Counted from the stretch's first letter, positions 1 through 9,606 are shown. The stretch is DNA of 64,000 nt from Candidatus Pacebacteria bacterium UBA6180 (GCA_002422165.1 DITQ01000001.1:7919-71918); one strand, 5' to 3'. Program-made: numbers and translations. Notes: generated by a model not told the origin, from the sequence alone.

Positions 1-406
1 GCCATCGATCGTCAAGCAATTCGAAGCCATCACTGGTCAGCACCCTCAAGTGACTAAAGCCCGCAAGGCGATTTCCAACTTCAAACTGCGCGCTGGTGAC
101 CCCATGGGCGTCATGGTGACTTTGCGTGGTGAACTAATGTGGGAGTTTTTGGACAGATTATTGTCGATTGTCTTGCCTCGTGTCAAAGATTTCCGTGGTG
201 TCAGTCGCACTGCCTTTGATGGTCAGGGTAATTATAGCCTGGGTATTGAAGAGCAAATCTCTTTTCCAGAGATTGAATTTGATCAAATTGATAAGATTCG
301 TCCACTACAAATCAACATCGTGACTAGTAATAAAGATGACAAAGAGGCTTTCCGTTTGCTCGAATTGCTCGGTATGCCTTTTGCATCGGAAGAAGTAAAG
401 AACTAA
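1..406 (+). CDS. rplE: 50S ribosomal protein L5 (5' end runs off the window)
   Basis: The frame stays open from position 2. The translation ...[37 protein letters not shown] is a typical L5 sequence. S14 and S8 follow, as in the spc operon. Confidence 0.9.
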   Translation, partial: PSIVKQFEAITGQHPQVTKARKAISNFKLRAGDPMGVMVTLRGELMWEFLDRLLSIVLPRVKDFRGVSRTAFDGQGNYSLGIEEQISFPEIEFDQIDKIRPLQINIVTSNKDDKEAFRLLELLGMPFASEEVKN

Positions 407-410
407 AAGT

Positions 411-641
411 ATGGCCAAAAAATCAAAAATCGCTCAATCAAAAAGAATGGCCGCCAAACGCGACCTTCTCCTGAAGTCCGGGGTGAAAAAAGTCAACCGG
501 GTCTCGACTAGAGTCGTGAACCGTTGTAAAATCACTGGTCGCCCAAGAGGCTATATGCGCTTCTTTGGTTTGAGTCGTCTTACTTTTAGAGAATTAGTAG
601 CCAAAGGTGAATTACCTGGTGTAGTTAAAACCAGCAAATAA
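411..641 (+). CDS. rpsN: 30S ribosomal protein S14
   Basis: 76 aa; [20 protein letters not shown]...[24 protein letters not shown]. It sits between L5 and S8. Confidence 0.9.
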   Translation: MAKKSKIAQSKRMAAKRDLLLKSGVKKVNRVSTRVVNRCKITGRPRGYMRFFGLSRLTFRELVAKGELPGVVKTSK

Positions 642-645
642 CATT

Positions 646-1035
646 ATGACCGATCCTATTGCAGACATGATTACTAGAATTAAGAATGCGGTGGCGGCGG
701 GTCACAAAGACCTCGTCATGCCTCATTCTAAACTCAAGATGTCCATCGCTAAGATTCTCCAGGATTTCAATTACATTGAAGCCTTTGAATTGGACGAATC
801 AGGCCAGTTTAAACAGATCAAGCTGGTGATGCGCTATGTGGGCAAATCACCCGCCATCAGCGGTGTGAAGCGCGTCAGCAAGCCTGGTCGCCGCATCTAT
901 AAGAGTTCAGGAGACATCCCAAGAACTCTCAATGGTTACGGTTTGACAATTTTATCGACCAATAAGGGAGTCATGGACGGCAAGACCGCTCGTAAAAGTA
1001 ATTTAGGTGGCGAAGTGCTTTGCCAAATCTGGTAA
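646..1035 (+). CDS. rpsH: 30S ribosomal protein S8
   Basis: MTDPIADMITRIKNA... is the canonical S8 N-terminus; operon position fits. Confidence 0.92.
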   Translation: MTDPIADMITRIKNAVAAGHKDLVMPHSKLKMSIAKILQDFNYIEAFELDESGQFKQIKLVMRYVGKSPAISGVKRVSKPGRRIYKSSGDIPRTLNGYGLTILSTNKGVMDGKTARKSNLGGEVLCQIW

Positions 1036-1049
1036 AAATTTAGGAAAAT

Positions 1050-1589
1050 ATGTCAAAAATTGGTAAAAAAATCATCAGCATTCCAGCTCAAGTCACTGTC
1101 AGTGTGACTGATGGCCAAGTGATCGCTCGTGGTAGCAAAGGCGAGCTGAAACTAACCATTCTACCCAACATCGAAGTTGCAGTTGAAGGTCAGGAAATCT
1201 CTATCTCTCGCAAAAATGATGCTAAGCAGACCCGTGCCAACCACGGTTTAATGAGAAGCTTGATTGCCAATAACGTTGAAGGTGTAGCGAATGGTTACAA
1301 AAAATCTCTCAAGCTGGTCGGCACTGGTTACAGAGTGACTGCCAAGGGAGCTGGCTTATCGATGACTTTGGGTTTTTCTCATCCAGTCGAAGTCGAACCA
1401 GTAGCTGGTGTTACTTTCAAGGTCGAAGGCAATGACACTGTTCACATAGAAGGCATTGACAAGCAAATGGTCGGTCAAGTCGCAGCCGACATCCGTTCTT
1501 TGCGTCCACCAGAGCCTTATTTGGGCAAAGGTATTCGCTATAGTGATGAAATCGTCAAGAAGAAACCAGGCAAGGCTGCTGCTAAATAA
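1050..1589 (+). CDS. rplF: 50S ribosomal protein L6
   Basis: 179 aa with two L6 repeat domains; SD-like AGGAAAA upstream; operon position fits. Confidence 0.9.
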   Translation: MSKIGKKIISIPAQVTVSVTDGQVIARGSKGELKLTILPNIEVAVEGQEISISRKNDAKQTRANHGLMRSLIANNVEGVANGYKKSLKLVGTGYRVTAKGAGLSMTLGFSHPVEVEPVAGVTFKVEGNDTVHIEGIDKQMVGQVAADIRSLRPPEPYLGKGIRYSDEIVKKKPGKAAAK

Positions 1590-1603
1590 AAAGAGGATTA
1601 TTC

Positions 1604-1963
1604 ATGTCAGATATTAAGTTATTAAACAAAAACAGAATCAAGAGACAGAAGCGCATTCGCGCCAAAATTGTTGGCAACAGCGCGCGTCCTCGTTTGACTG
1701 TCTTTCGCTCCAACGCCCACATTGTCTTGCAGGTCATTGACGATACTCTAGGAAAAACTTTGATTGAAGTTAGCGATTTGGGCAAAGACTCCAAAATCAA
1801 GGGCACCAAGACTGAACGTGCCGTGGAGGTTGCGAAAATTTTGTTGGCAGGATTGAAGAAGCAAAAAATTGTTGCTCTAGTTTTTGATCGTTCTTATTAT
1901 AAATATCACGGTAGAATCAAGGCAGTTGCCGAAACTCTTCGTGAAGGTGGAATCAAACTATAA
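1604..1963 (+). CDS. rplR: 50S ribosomal protein L18
   Basis: 119 aa; basic N-terminus and the L18 C-terminal motif ...FDRSYYKYHGRIKAVAETLREGG; AAGAGGA SD upstream. Confidence 0.9.
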   Translation: MSDIKLLNKNRIKRQKRIRAKIVGNSARPRLTVFRSNAHIVLQVIDDTLGKTLIEVSDLGKDSKIKGTKTERAVEVAKILLAGLKKQKIVALVFDRSYYKYHGRIKAVAETLREGGIKL

Positions 1964-1965
1964 AT

Positions 1966-2631
1966 ATGGCAAGAGATAATTTCGGCAAACCAGAAGTTAA
2001 GGAATTCGACGAGAAGGTCATTTCAATCTCGCGTGTTTCCAAGAAGACCAAAGGTGGTAATAAAGCTGGCTTTTCCGTGTTGATGGTCGTCGGTGACAAA
2101 AAAGGCCGTGTCGGTGTTGGTCTTGGCAAGGCTTCTGATGTGCTTTCCGCCATCAAAAAAGGCATCAAAAAAGCCAAGAAAAAACTCATTAGCGTTCCTC
2201 TAGATGGCACTACTATTCCTTTTGCTATCACTGTCAAAAAAGGTGCTGGTCGCGTCATGCTAAAACCATCTACCAAAGGTACTGGTGTCATCGCTGGTGG
2301 TCCAGTGCGCGCTGTGGTCGAGGCTGCTGGTGTCAGAGACATTACCTGTAAAATCATGGGCAGTGATAACCAATCATCTTCTGTTTACGCTACTTTTGAG
2401 GCTCTCAAGCAGATTTCAAAAATTGTTGAAATCAAAGACATCAAGCTGCGTTCGATCGCTGACATCGAAGAAGAAGAGCGCAAGAAAATGGATGAGTTGC
2501 AAAAGAAAGCTGCTCACAAAGAAGAGGCTGCGCCAGCCAAGTCAGCTGCCGCCAAAGCTGCTGTCAAAGCTCCAGCTGCTAAAGCTGCTCCCAAGAAGAA
2601 AGTAATTGCCAAGAAAGCAGCCGCTAAATAA
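1966..2631 (+). CDS. rpsE: 30S ribosomal protein S5 with Lys/Ala-rich C-terminal extension
   Basis: S5 core (...GRVGVGLGKASDV...GTGVIAGGPVRAVVEAAGV...) followed by a roughly 55-aa AKAAxK repeat tail. L15 follows directly; there is no L30 gene. Confidence 0.9.
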   Translation: MARDNFGKPEVKEFDEKVISISRVSKKTKGGNKAGFSVLMVVGDKKGRVGVGLGKASDVLSAIKKGIKKAKKKLISVPLDGTTIPFAITVKKGAGRVMLKPSTKGTGVIAGGPVRAVVEAAGVRDITCKIMGSDNQSSSVYATFEALKQISKIVEIKDIKLRSIADIEEEERKKMDELQKKAAHKEEAAPAKSAAAKAAVKAPAAKAAPKKKVIAKKAAAK

Positions 2632-2642
2632 GGATTCTCGTC

Positions 2643-3080
2643 ATGTCGATTCTCAATTTAATCAAAAAAATTACCACTAGAAGCAGCAAACGACTTGGTC
2701 GTGGGTATGGTTCTGGCAAAGGTGGTCACACTTCTTCCAGAGGTCAAAAGGGACAGAAGTCTCGCACTGGCTCCAAGGTGCCTCTTTGGTTCGAAGGTGG
2801 CGCGCTGCCTCTCTCCAAGCGCATCCCGATGTGGCGTGGTAAAGGTCGCTTCAAGAGTTTGCAGAAAACTGCTGAGCTCACTTTCAACGACCTCAATAAA
2901 ATCGAACTGACCGAAATCAGTCTTGACTCATTGAAACTTCACAAAATCATTGACAAAAGATTCAAAAAAGCCAAAGTCATCAGTCAGGGCAAACTGACCA
3001 AAAAAATCAATTTGAAAGGCATTACTGCTTCGGCAGCAGCAGCCAAAGAAATTGAGGCTCTTGGCGGCAGCATTGAGTAA
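2643..3080 (+). CDS. rplO: 50S ribosomal protein L15
   Basis: 145 aa; Gly/Arg/Lys-rich N-terminus (GRGYGSGKGGHTSSRGQKGQKSR), typical of L15; directly upstream of secY. Confidence 0.9.
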   Translation: MSILNLIKKITTRSSKRLGRGYGSGKGGHTSSRGQKGQKSRTGSKVPLWFEGGALPLSKRIPMWRGKGRFKSLQKTAELTFNDLNKIELTEISLDSLKLHKIIDKRFKKAKVISQGKLTKKINLKGITASAAAAKEIEALGGSIE

Positions 3081-3133
3081 TTTGTTTTTGGTGGCACTTT
3101 AGTTTAGAATGTTGACTTCTTAAGTAAACAGAA

Positions 3134-4420
3134 GTGATAGAAAAATTTTTAAACAAAATCCAAGCGATTTTTGCCAATCCCAAATTAAAAGGAAAACTCT
3201 TGTTTACCTTAGGGATTTTTGCTTTGACTAGAGTTTTGGCCCATATTCCAGTCCCAGTGGTTGATTTGGAACAACTCCGTTATATTTTTTCTTCCAGTCA
3301 ATTTTTAAGTTTTCTTAACATTTTCTCTGGTGGCACGCTAGCCAATTTTTCGATCGTGGCAGTGGGGATTAGTCCCTACATTACCGCCTCGATTATCATG
3401 CAGTTACTTGGCATGGTTTTCCCCAAAATCAAAGAAATGCAAAAAGAAGGTGAAGCCAGTCGTGCCAAGCTCAATCAGTATATGCGTTTGGCCACTGTGC
3501 CAATTGCCATCCTACAATCAATTTCCGTGATAGCCTTGTTAAATTCTCAGGGCTTGCTGCTCTCAGCTGGTTTGTCCAACATGATTGTGGTAGTTAGTAC
3601 ACTGGTGGCCGGAGCATTACTCATGATGTGGCTTGGTGAAGTTATCAACGAGCGTGGTATCGGCAATGGTATCTCGATGATTCTTTTGGCTGGTATCGTC
3701 AGCCAAATTCCTTCGAGTGTCGCTTCGGTGTTGGCTCTTGGAGACACCATTCCACTTAGTTCAATTTTGACAGTGGGAGTGCTGTTGGTGGGAGTGATCT
3801 GGACAGTCGTCTTCATGAACGAAGCTGTTCGCAAGGTTCACATCCAATACGCCAAGCGAATTCGTGGTGGACGTCAGTATGGTGGTCAGCAGACTCATTT
3901 GCCAATCAAAGTAAATGTCGCTGGAGTGATGCCAATCATTTTTGCTGTGTCTCTGATGATGATGCCGGATTTTATCGGCCGCATGCTCCTGTTGGCCAAA
4001 AACTCGACCTTAGTACGTTTGGGCGAGCAAATCACTGTCCATTTTTCGCCGACTTCACCGGCTTATTTGCTTAGTTACTTCGCTTTAGTTTTCGCCTTTA
4101 GCTATTTTTCGGCAATGATCTTTTTCAATGCCGGCGATATTTCCGATGAACTCAAAAAAAGCGGTGCTTTCTTGCCTGGCATTCGTCCGGGTGGGGCCAC
4201 CAAGAAATTTTTGGAATTTGTCGTCAATCGTATCACTTTTGCTGGTGCGCTGTTCTTAGCTTCGGTGGCAGTTTTACCTTCTCTAGCTCAGATTATGACC
4301 GGTGTTCAATCTTTGGCGGTAGGCGGAACAAGTGTTTTGATTGTCGTGTCAGTCATTTTGGAAACTTCCAAGCAAATTAACTCTCAACTGCTCAGTGAGA
4401 ACTATGAAAAATATTCCTAA
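3134..4420 (+). CDS. secY: preprotein translocase subunit SecY
   Basis: 428 aa, GTG start, 10 predicted TM segments; conserved SecY positions between rplO and adk. Confidence 0.92.
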   Translation: MIEKFLNKIQAIFANPKLKGKLLFTLGIFALTRVLAHIPVPVVDLEQLRYIFSSSQFLSFLNIFSGGTLANFSIVAVGISPYITASIIMQLLGMVFPKIKEMQKEGEASRAKLNQYMRLATVPIAILQSISVIALLNSQGLLLSAGLSNMIVVVSTLVAGALLMMWLGEVINERGIGNGISMILLAGIVSQIPSSVASVLALGDTIPLSSILTVGVLLVGVIWTVVFMNEAVRKVHIQYAKRIRGGRQYGGQQTHLPIKVNVAGVMPIIFAVSLMMMPDFIGRMLLLAKNSTLVRLGEQITVHFSPTSPAYLLSYFALVFAFSYFSAMIFFNAGDISDELKKSGAFLPGIRPGGATKKFLEFVVNRITFAGALFLASVAVLPSLAQIMTGVQSLAVGGTSVLIVVSVILETSKQINSQLLSENYEKYS

Positions 4421-4447
4421 AATAAAAATCACCACGAAAGGCATTTT

Positions 4448-5008
4448 ATGCAACTCGTTTTAGTAGGAATTCAGGGAGCAGGTAAATCTACCCAGGGTAA
4501 TTTGCTCTCAGAAAAATACAAGATTCCCTACCTGTCTTCTGGACATGTTTTTCGCGAGATGGCCAAAGAAAAAACTCCGCTAGGCCGTTTTCTTAAGGAA
4601 ACTCTCAATGCTGGTTATTTGGTGCCAGACGACAAAACCGTCGACATCGTCATGGAATACTTGAGCAAGCCAGAATACAAAAATGGCTTTATTCTCGACG
4701 GTTTCCCACGCACTGTTCCTCAAGCAGAAGCTTTCCAAAAATTCACCAAGGGTGAAGAAATCACTATTTTGATTGATGTTTCGGACAGAGAAGCTTTATG
4801 GAGAATTTCTGGTCGCGTCAGTGATCGTGAAGATGAGACGCTGCAAGCGATTCGCAAACGCATTGATCTATTTCACGAGAAAACTTCTCAAGTCCTAGAC
4901 TATTATGCCAAGCGAAAGCATCTGGCTTCAGTTGATGGTGAGAAGAGTGTCGAAGAGGTTTTTGCTCAAATTATCGAGAAAATCAAGCAAATTAGCAGCA
5001 AAAATTGA
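4448..5008 (+). CDS. adk: adenylate kinase (short form without zinc lid)
   Basis: P-loop GIQGAGKSTQ and the NMP-binding region; 186 aa; ends in TGA. Confidence 0.9.
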   Translation: MQLVLVGIQGAGKSTQGNLLSEKYKIPYLSSGHVFREMAKEKTPLGRFLKETLNAGYLVPDDKTVDIVMEYLSKPEYKNGFILDGFPRTVPQAEAFQKFTKGEEITILIDVSDREALWRISGRVSDREDETLQAIRKRIDLFHEKTSQVLDYYAKRKHLASVDGEKSVEEVFAQIIEKIKQISSKN

Positions 5009-5043
5009 AATTTGATGAGTCTCTGGTGATTTTTTACCGAATC

Positions 5044-5052
5044 TGGTATAAT
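5044..5052 (+). promoter_or_regulatory. candidate extended -10 promoter (TGGTATAAT) for infA
   Basis: TGnTATAAT occurs about 47 nt upstream of the infA ATG in the adk-infA spacer. Confidence 0.35.
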
Positions 5053-5098
5053 ATCTCTTTTGTGATTGCGCATTTATGCTTTCACAGAAATAAATTAT

Positions 5099-5422
5099 AT
5101 GGGTAAAGTACAAGATCACAAAAGAAGCTCCAAGGTCAAGCGCCAGGTTGATTTTACCCTGCAAAGCGCCGACAGTCAGTCTGATCGTTTCGAGATTGTT
5201 GGTGAAGTGGTGGATTGTCTACCCAACACCATGTTTCGTATCTTGGTGACTGACGCTACTGCCAAGCAGATGGTTGGCAAGACCTTGCTCGGCACTTTGG
5301 CTGGTAAGATGCGCCTGTACAGAATTAGAGTTATGCCTGGAGACTACGTTAAGGGTTATGTTTCCAAATATGACCTAACCAAATGCAAGGTAACTTACCG
5401 AAGTAGCAAGGAAAAAGTATAA
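5099..5422 (+). CDS. infA: translation initiation factor IF-1 with N-terminal extension
   Basis: S1-like core ...GEVVDCLPNTMFRILVTDATAKQMVGKTLLGTLAGKMRLYRIRVMPGDYVKGYVSKYDLTKCKVTYR matches IF-1. A roughly 30-aa N-terminal extension is present; the start was chosen at the ATG at 5099. Confidence 0.8.
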   Translation: MGKVQDHKRSSKVKRQVDFTLQSADSQSDRFEIVGEVVDCLPNTMFRILVTDATAKQMVGKTLLGTLAGKMRLYRIRVMPGDYVKGYVSKYDLTKCKVTYRSSKEKV

Positions 5423-5476
5423 ACTACCTCTTTAAAAAGTTCCCTTTTTGAGGTATATTGCGCGGGGTTTGTTAAT

Positions 5477-5590
5477 ATGAAAGTTAAAGCATCATTAAAG
5501 AAAATGTGCATCAGCTGTAAGTTTGTGAAACGCAAGGGGAAATTGTATGTTATTTGTAGTAACCCCAAACACAAGCAGCGTCAAGGATAA
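5477..5590 (+). CDS. rpmJ: 50S ribosomal protein L36
   Basis: 37-aa [40 protein letters not shown] carrying the L36 zinc ribbon (C..C..C..H). Missing from the ORF track because it is under 60 aa. Sits between infA and rpsM as expected. Confidence 0.9.
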   Translation: MKVKASLKKMCISCKFVKRKGKLYVICSNPKHKQRQG

Positions 5591-5593
5591 TTT

Positions 5594-5992
5594 ATGCCAC
5601 GTATAGCCGGTCAAGACCTACCAGATCACAAAAAAGTACCTTACGCACTGCGTTATATTTTTGGCGTTGGTCCGAAGGTTGCTGATGACATCATCAAGCA
5701 GACCAAAATCAACCCTGACAAGCGTGCTAATGAACTCAACTCAGAAGAAATTAACCGTATCCAGGCTGCTCTAGATCAGATTATGGTAGAAGGTGATCTT
5801 CGCCGCGAAATCAACGATAACATTTCACGTCTCAAGAGAATCCACGCCTACCGCGGTTTGCGTCACAGTGCTGGCTTACCTGTCAGAGGACAGCGCACCA
5901 GATCTAATGCTCGCACCAAGCGTGGTGCTAAACGCACCATCGGTGCTCTCACTAAGGAAGCTGCAGCCAAGATTGACGCAACTAAGAAATAA
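5594..5992 (+). CDS. rpsM: 30S ribosomal protein S13
   Basis: MPRIAGQDLPDHKKVPYALRYIFGVGPK... is the canonical S13 start. Confidence 0.92.
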   Translation: MPRIAGQDLPDHKKVPYALRYIFGVGPKVADDIIKQTKINPDKRANELNSEEINRIQAALDQIMVEGDLRREINDNISRLKRIHAYRGLRHSAGLPVRGQRTRSNARTKRGAKRTIGALTKEAAAKIDATKK

Positions 5993-6022
5993 TAAATAAT
6001 TTTTTAGATAATAAGTAATTTT

Positions 6023-6412
6023 ATGGCTAAACAAATCAAAAAAAATCAAACTAAGAAAGTCAATCGCGTCGTGCCTTCAGGTCGGCTTTACGTCAGCGCA
6101 ACTTTCAACAACACTCTAGTTAGCATTACTGATGAACAAGGTGGAGTGCTCTGCTGGTCAAGTACCGGTGAAGCTGGTTTCTCTGGTTCACGCAAGTCGA
6201 CTCCTTACGCTGCCACTGTAGCTCTAGAAAATGCAATTAACAAAGCTAAGAATTATGGGATGAATAAGATGGACGTTTTCATCAAGGGTCCAGGTCCTGG
6301 TCGCGACGTCGCTTTGCGCGTGCTTCGCGCTCAAGGTATTCGAGTATCCATGATTGCTGATTTGACCCCGATGCCACACAACGGCACCAGACCACGAAAG
6401 GCTAGACACTAA
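6023..6412 (+). CDS. rpsK: 30S ribosomal protein S11
   Basis: 129 aa; ...YVSATFNNTLVSITDEQGGVLCWSSTGEAGFSGSRKSTPYAA is the S11 signature. Confidence 0.92.
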   Translation: MAKQIKKNQTKKVNRVVPSGRLYVSATFNNTLVSITDEQGGVLCWSSTGEAGFSGSRKSTPYAATVALENAINKAKNYGMNKMDVFIKGPGPGRDVALRVLRAQGIRVSMIADLTPMPHNGTRPRKARH

Positions 6413-6413
6413 T

Positions 6414-7019
6414 ATGGCAAGATACATCGGTCCCAAACAAAGACTACAAAGACAGATTGGTGAGGACTTAGGGTTAAAAACCAACGCTCTCAAGACAGCT
6501 CGCCGCTTGGCTAGTCGTCCTGGTCAGCACGGTGCCAAGGGTCGTCGCAAAGTTTCTAACTACGGAATTCAACTCAAGGAAAAACAAAAGCTCAAGTATA
6601 TCTACGGTATTCTAGAGAAGCAATTGCGCGCTACTTACGAAGAAGCCAGCAAGAACCCTGCCGCTACTGGTACTGCTATGCTCAGTTTCTTAGAGCGTCG
6701 CTTGGACAACGTCGTCTATCGTCTTGGCTGGGCACCGACTCGTGCTGCCGCCCGCCAATTAGTTAACCACAATCATTTCACCTTGAACGGTAAGAAGATG
6801 AATATTCCTTCTTATCAAGTCAGAGTGGGTGATGTCCTGACCATGAAAGCCAAAACGGCCAAAGTTCCAGTTGTGGCCGCCACCATGAAGGAAGACACTA
6901 AGTTGCCAGCTTGGCTTCAAGCCAAAAATGGTGCTGCTTCAGTCACCAAATTACCAGTTAGAGAAGACATCACAGAAAAAGTCGATGAGCAGCTCATCGT
7001 CGAGTATTACAACAGATAA
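6414..7019 (+). CDS. rpsD: 30S ribosomal protein S4
   Basis: 201 aa; MARYIGPKQRLQRQIGEDLGLK plus an S4 RNA-binding domain. Confidence 0.92.
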   Translation: MARYIGPKQRLQRQIGEDLGLKTNALKTARRLASRPGQHGAKGRRKVSNYGIQLKEKQKLKYIYGILEKQLRATYEEASKNPAATGTAMLSFLERRLDNVVYRLGWAPTRAAARQLVNHNHFTLNGKKMNIPSYQVRVGDVLTMKAKTAKVPVVAATMKEDTKLPAWLQAKNGAASVTKLPVREDITEKVDEQLIVEYYNR

Positions 7020-7077
7020 TTATTAATTACGGAAACGGATTCCTCCTCTAGGGGAGGGAGATGAAACAAAGGAAAAT

Positions 7078-8022
7078 ATGTCACAAACAGTCAAAGATGA
7101 TTCCATCATGAATCCAAACTTCAGCGTCGTTGAAGTCGAGTCTAACTCTTCTCGCTCAACGATCGTCATCGAAGCCCTTGAAAGTGGCTTCGGTCACACT
7201 ATCGGCAACGCCTTGCGTCGCGTGCTTTTGAGCTCTTTGCCGGGCACTGCCATTACCAAGTTGAGCATTGATGGGGTTACTCACCAATTCACTTCTTTTG
7301 AAGGGATGACTGAGGATGTGGTAGAGTTAATTCTCAATCTCAAGCAAATCAGAGTTAAAGCTGACAGCAAGGAAGCTGGCATCTTGCGCCTCAATGTCAA
7401 GGGCGCCAAAGAAATCACTGCTGCTGATGTAGAGTGTGAAGCTGGTTTCGAAGTAGTTAACAAAGATCTATATCTAGCAACCTTAGCCAAAGGCAAGACT
7501 CTCGACATCGAGATGGTGGTCGAATCTGGCGTTGGTTATCAATTGGCTAGTGAAGTCGAGACTGAAACTGTTGGTCAGATGGCTGTGGACGCACTCTTTT
7601 CACCCGTGATCAAAGTTTCTTATCGAGTTGAAGCTACCCGCGTGGGTCGTCGTACCGACTTCGACAAAATTGTCTTTGACATCGAAACTGATGGCAGCAT
7701 CACCCCTCTAGAGGCAGTTAAGCAGGCTGCTACGATCTTGATCAAGCAGTTCAACCAAATCGTTAATCCAGTGGTTCAGGAAGTCAAAGAAGAATTGACC
7801 AACTTGAGCCCTGAAGAAGTTGAAGTCATGAAGTTGACCGTTGAAGAGCTTGATCTGCCAACCAGAATTGCCAATGCCCTGCGCAAAGGTGGTTTCGAAA
7901 CAGTCGCTAGCTTAGTTAGATCTCCCAAAGACGAGATCTCTCGCGTCAAGAATCTTGGTGGTAAAAGCATTGACCTAATCGAGGAAGCTCTTGGTAAAAA
8001 GGGAGTTGTCCTGACGGATTAA
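7078..8022 (+). CDS. rpoA: DNA-directed RNA polymerase subunit alpha
   Basis: 314 aa with N-terminal dimerisation domain and C-terminal alpha-CTD (...LDLPTRIANALRKGGFETVASL...). Confidence 0.92.
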   Translation: MSQTVKDDSIMNPNFSVVEVESNSSRSTIVIEALESGFGHTIGNALRRVLLSSLPGTAITKLSIDGVTHQFTSFEGMTEDVVELILNLKQIRVKADSKEAGILRLNVKGAKEITAADVECEAGFEVVNKDLYLATLAKGKTLDIEMVVESGVGYQLASEVETETVGQMAVDALFSPVIKVSYRVEATRVGRRTDFDKIVFDIETDGSITPLEAVKQAATILIKQFNQIVNPVVQEVKEELTNLSPEEVEVMKLTVEELDLPTRIANALRKGGFETVASLVRSPKDEISRVKNLGGKSIDLIEEALGKKGVVLTD

Positions 8023-8038
8023 TTTTTGAAAGTGATTT

Positions 8039-8566
8039 ATGAAACATCGAATCAAAGCCAAGCATTTTAATCGAGACGCCAAGAGTCGTAAGGCCTTGCT
8101 CAAGAACTTATTGCGCGACCTTTTTACTCATGGTCACATTACTACTAGTGAAAGTCGTGTCAAAGAGATCGGTCGTCTGGCTGACAAATTAATTACCAAA
8201 GCCAAGCAGAGTACTCTGACGGCTCGTCGTGACCTCCATGAAGTTTTTGGTCGCCGTGACGTAGTCAATGCTTTGGTTGACAAAATTGCTCCTGCTTTTG
8301 GCGACAAGAAATCTGGTTTTTCTACCATCGAAAAAATTGCTGCTCGCCGCGGTGATGGCACTGTTTTGTATAAACTCTCGCTTTTACTTGGTGATCTGAA
8401 GCTCACTACGCTCAAGAAAGAAAAAATTGCCGCTGCCAAGCCAGTTGCAAAAAAAGTGACTGTTAAGAAAGAATTAGCTGTCAAAGCAACTACTAAGCCT
8501 GCTGCCAAAAAAATCGCTGTCAAAAAGCCCGCTGTCAAAGCCAAAAAATCAGAGGAGACCAAATAA
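8039..8566 (+). CDS. rplQ: 50S ribosomal protein L17 with Lys/Ala-rich C-terminal tail
   Basis: L17 core (MKHRIKAKHFNRDAKSRKALLKNLLRDLFTHGHITTSESRVKEIGRLADKLIT) plus a roughly 55-aa AKK repeat tail. Confidence 0.9.
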   Translation: MKHRIKAKHFNRDAKSRKALLKNLLRDLFTHGHITTSESRVKEIGRLADKLITKAKQSTLTARRDLHEVFGRRDVVNALVDKIAPAFGDKKSGFSTIEKIAARRGDGTVLYKLSLLLGDLKLTTLKKEKIAAAKPVAKKVTVKKELAVKATTKPAAKKIAVKKPAVKAKKSEETK

Positions 8567-8997
8567 TGTTTCAAAAATTTAAATCTTTTATCCAAAAAAA
8601 AGAAGAAGTGCAGCGCGATTGGCTCTTTTACGATGCTTCCGGCAAAGTCTTGGGTCGTTTGGCTACTGAAATTGCTGAAAAATTAATTGGCAAAGACAAA
8701 GTCACCTACACTCCTAATGTTGACGGTGGCGATTATGTAGTTTTACTCAATGCTGAAAAAATTGAAGTGACTCGCGACAAAGCCAACAAAAAAATCTACT
8801 CATGGGGTAGCGGTTTTCCAGGGGGGCTCAAACAGCGCACCTTCACTGAAATGCTCGCCAAAAACCCAGAGAAACTGATTAAACACGCAGTCAAAAACAT
8901 GTTGCCCAAAAATCGCTTGCGCGATCAACGCTTGGATCGCCTCAAAGTGGTCGTAGGCAGTGACAACCCTTACCAAGGAATGACAAAGGCACAATAA
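8566..8997 (+). CDS. rplM: 50S ribosomal protein L13
   Basis: 143 aa; ...WLFYDASGKVLGRLATEIAEKLIGK... is the L13 signature. Its start overlaps the rplQ stop. Confidence 0.9.
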   Translation: MFQKFKSFIQKKEEVQRDWLFYDASGKVLGRLATEIAEKLIGKDKVTYTPNVDGGDYVVLLNAEKIEVTRDKANKKIYSWGSGFPGGLKQRTFTEMLAKNPEKLIKHAVKNMLPKNRLRDQRLDRLKVVVGSDNPYQGMTKAQ

Positions 8998-8998
8998 T

Positions 8999-9514
8999 AT
9001 GGCAATAAGAATGAACAAGAAATCAGGCAAAGCCAAAAAAGTGATTAAGAAAATCATCACTCCAGTGGTTGCTGTCAAGAAAAAAGGCGTTGAAGTCGAA
9101 AAAAACTTCAAGATCCCCAAAACCAAGTACATCGAAGCAATCGGTCGTCGCAAAGTGGCTACGGCTAGAGTTCGTATTTATGAGGGTCAAGGCGATTTTG
9201 TGGTCAATGGCGCCCTCGTTTCGGACTATTTCACAGGTCTTCGCAATGCTCCGGCTCTTTATATGAAGCCTTTCGATCTGACTGGCAATAAAGGTAAATT
9301 TGCCGTCACTGCCAAAGTCAGTGGTTCTGGCATCAATGCTCAGCTTGAAGCTCTAACTAATGGTTTAGCTAAAGCTCTAGTTGCTTTTAATCCTGAATTA
9401 CGTACTTTCCTCAAACCTGCTGGTCTCTTGACTCGCGATGATCGTATGAAAGAAACTCGTAAAATGGGTATGGGTGGTAAAGCTCGTCGCAAGAGACAGT
9501 CGCCAAAGCGTTAA
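8999..9514 (+). CDS. rpsI: 30S ribosomal protein S9 with about 45-aa basic N-terminal extension
   Basis: S9 core ...GRRKVATARVRIYEGQG...ARRKRQSPKR; the N-terminal extension is Lys-rich. Confidence 0.9.
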   Translation: MAIRMNKKSGKAKKVIKKIITPVVAVKKKGVEVEKNFKIPKTKYIEAIGRRKVATARVRIYEGQGDFVVNGALVSDYFTGLRNAPALYMKPFDLTGNKGKFAVTAKVSGSGINAQLEALTNGLAKALVAFNPELRTFLKPAGLLTRDDRMKETRKMGMGGKARRKRQSPKR

Positions 9515-9570
9515 ATTTGATTTCGTCCTTTTTCTATACTACGGACGCTCCTTCACATAAGCTCAGTCGA

Positions 9571-9606
9571 AAAAACCCGCTCTCTCGAGCGGGTTTTTGG
9601 TTTTTA
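9571..9606. terminator. bidirectional Rho-independent terminator between convergent rpsI and hup
   Basis: AAAAAA-CCCGCTCTC-TCGA-GAGCGGG-TTTTTGGTTTTT is a GC-rich hairpin flanked by A and T runs. Confidence 0.7.

Noticed and set aside
1953-2357. Antisense or alternative-frame ORFs inside conserved genes (e.g. 1953-2357 minus, 2285-2605 plus, 8134-8595 minus, 21723-21989 minus, 47145-47585 plus, 48228-48716 plus, 52444-52809 minus)
   Set aside because: They lie entirely within strongly supported CDSs on the other strand or frame, have biased low-complexity translations, and lack RBS or start context. They were treated as spurious.
5430-5470. Hairpin (ACCTCTTTAAAAAG...CTTTTTGAGGT) between infA and rpmJ as a terminator
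   Set aside because: It is AT-rich, weak, and has no following U-run. It may be an attenuator or processing site, but the evidence is insufficient to call a feature.
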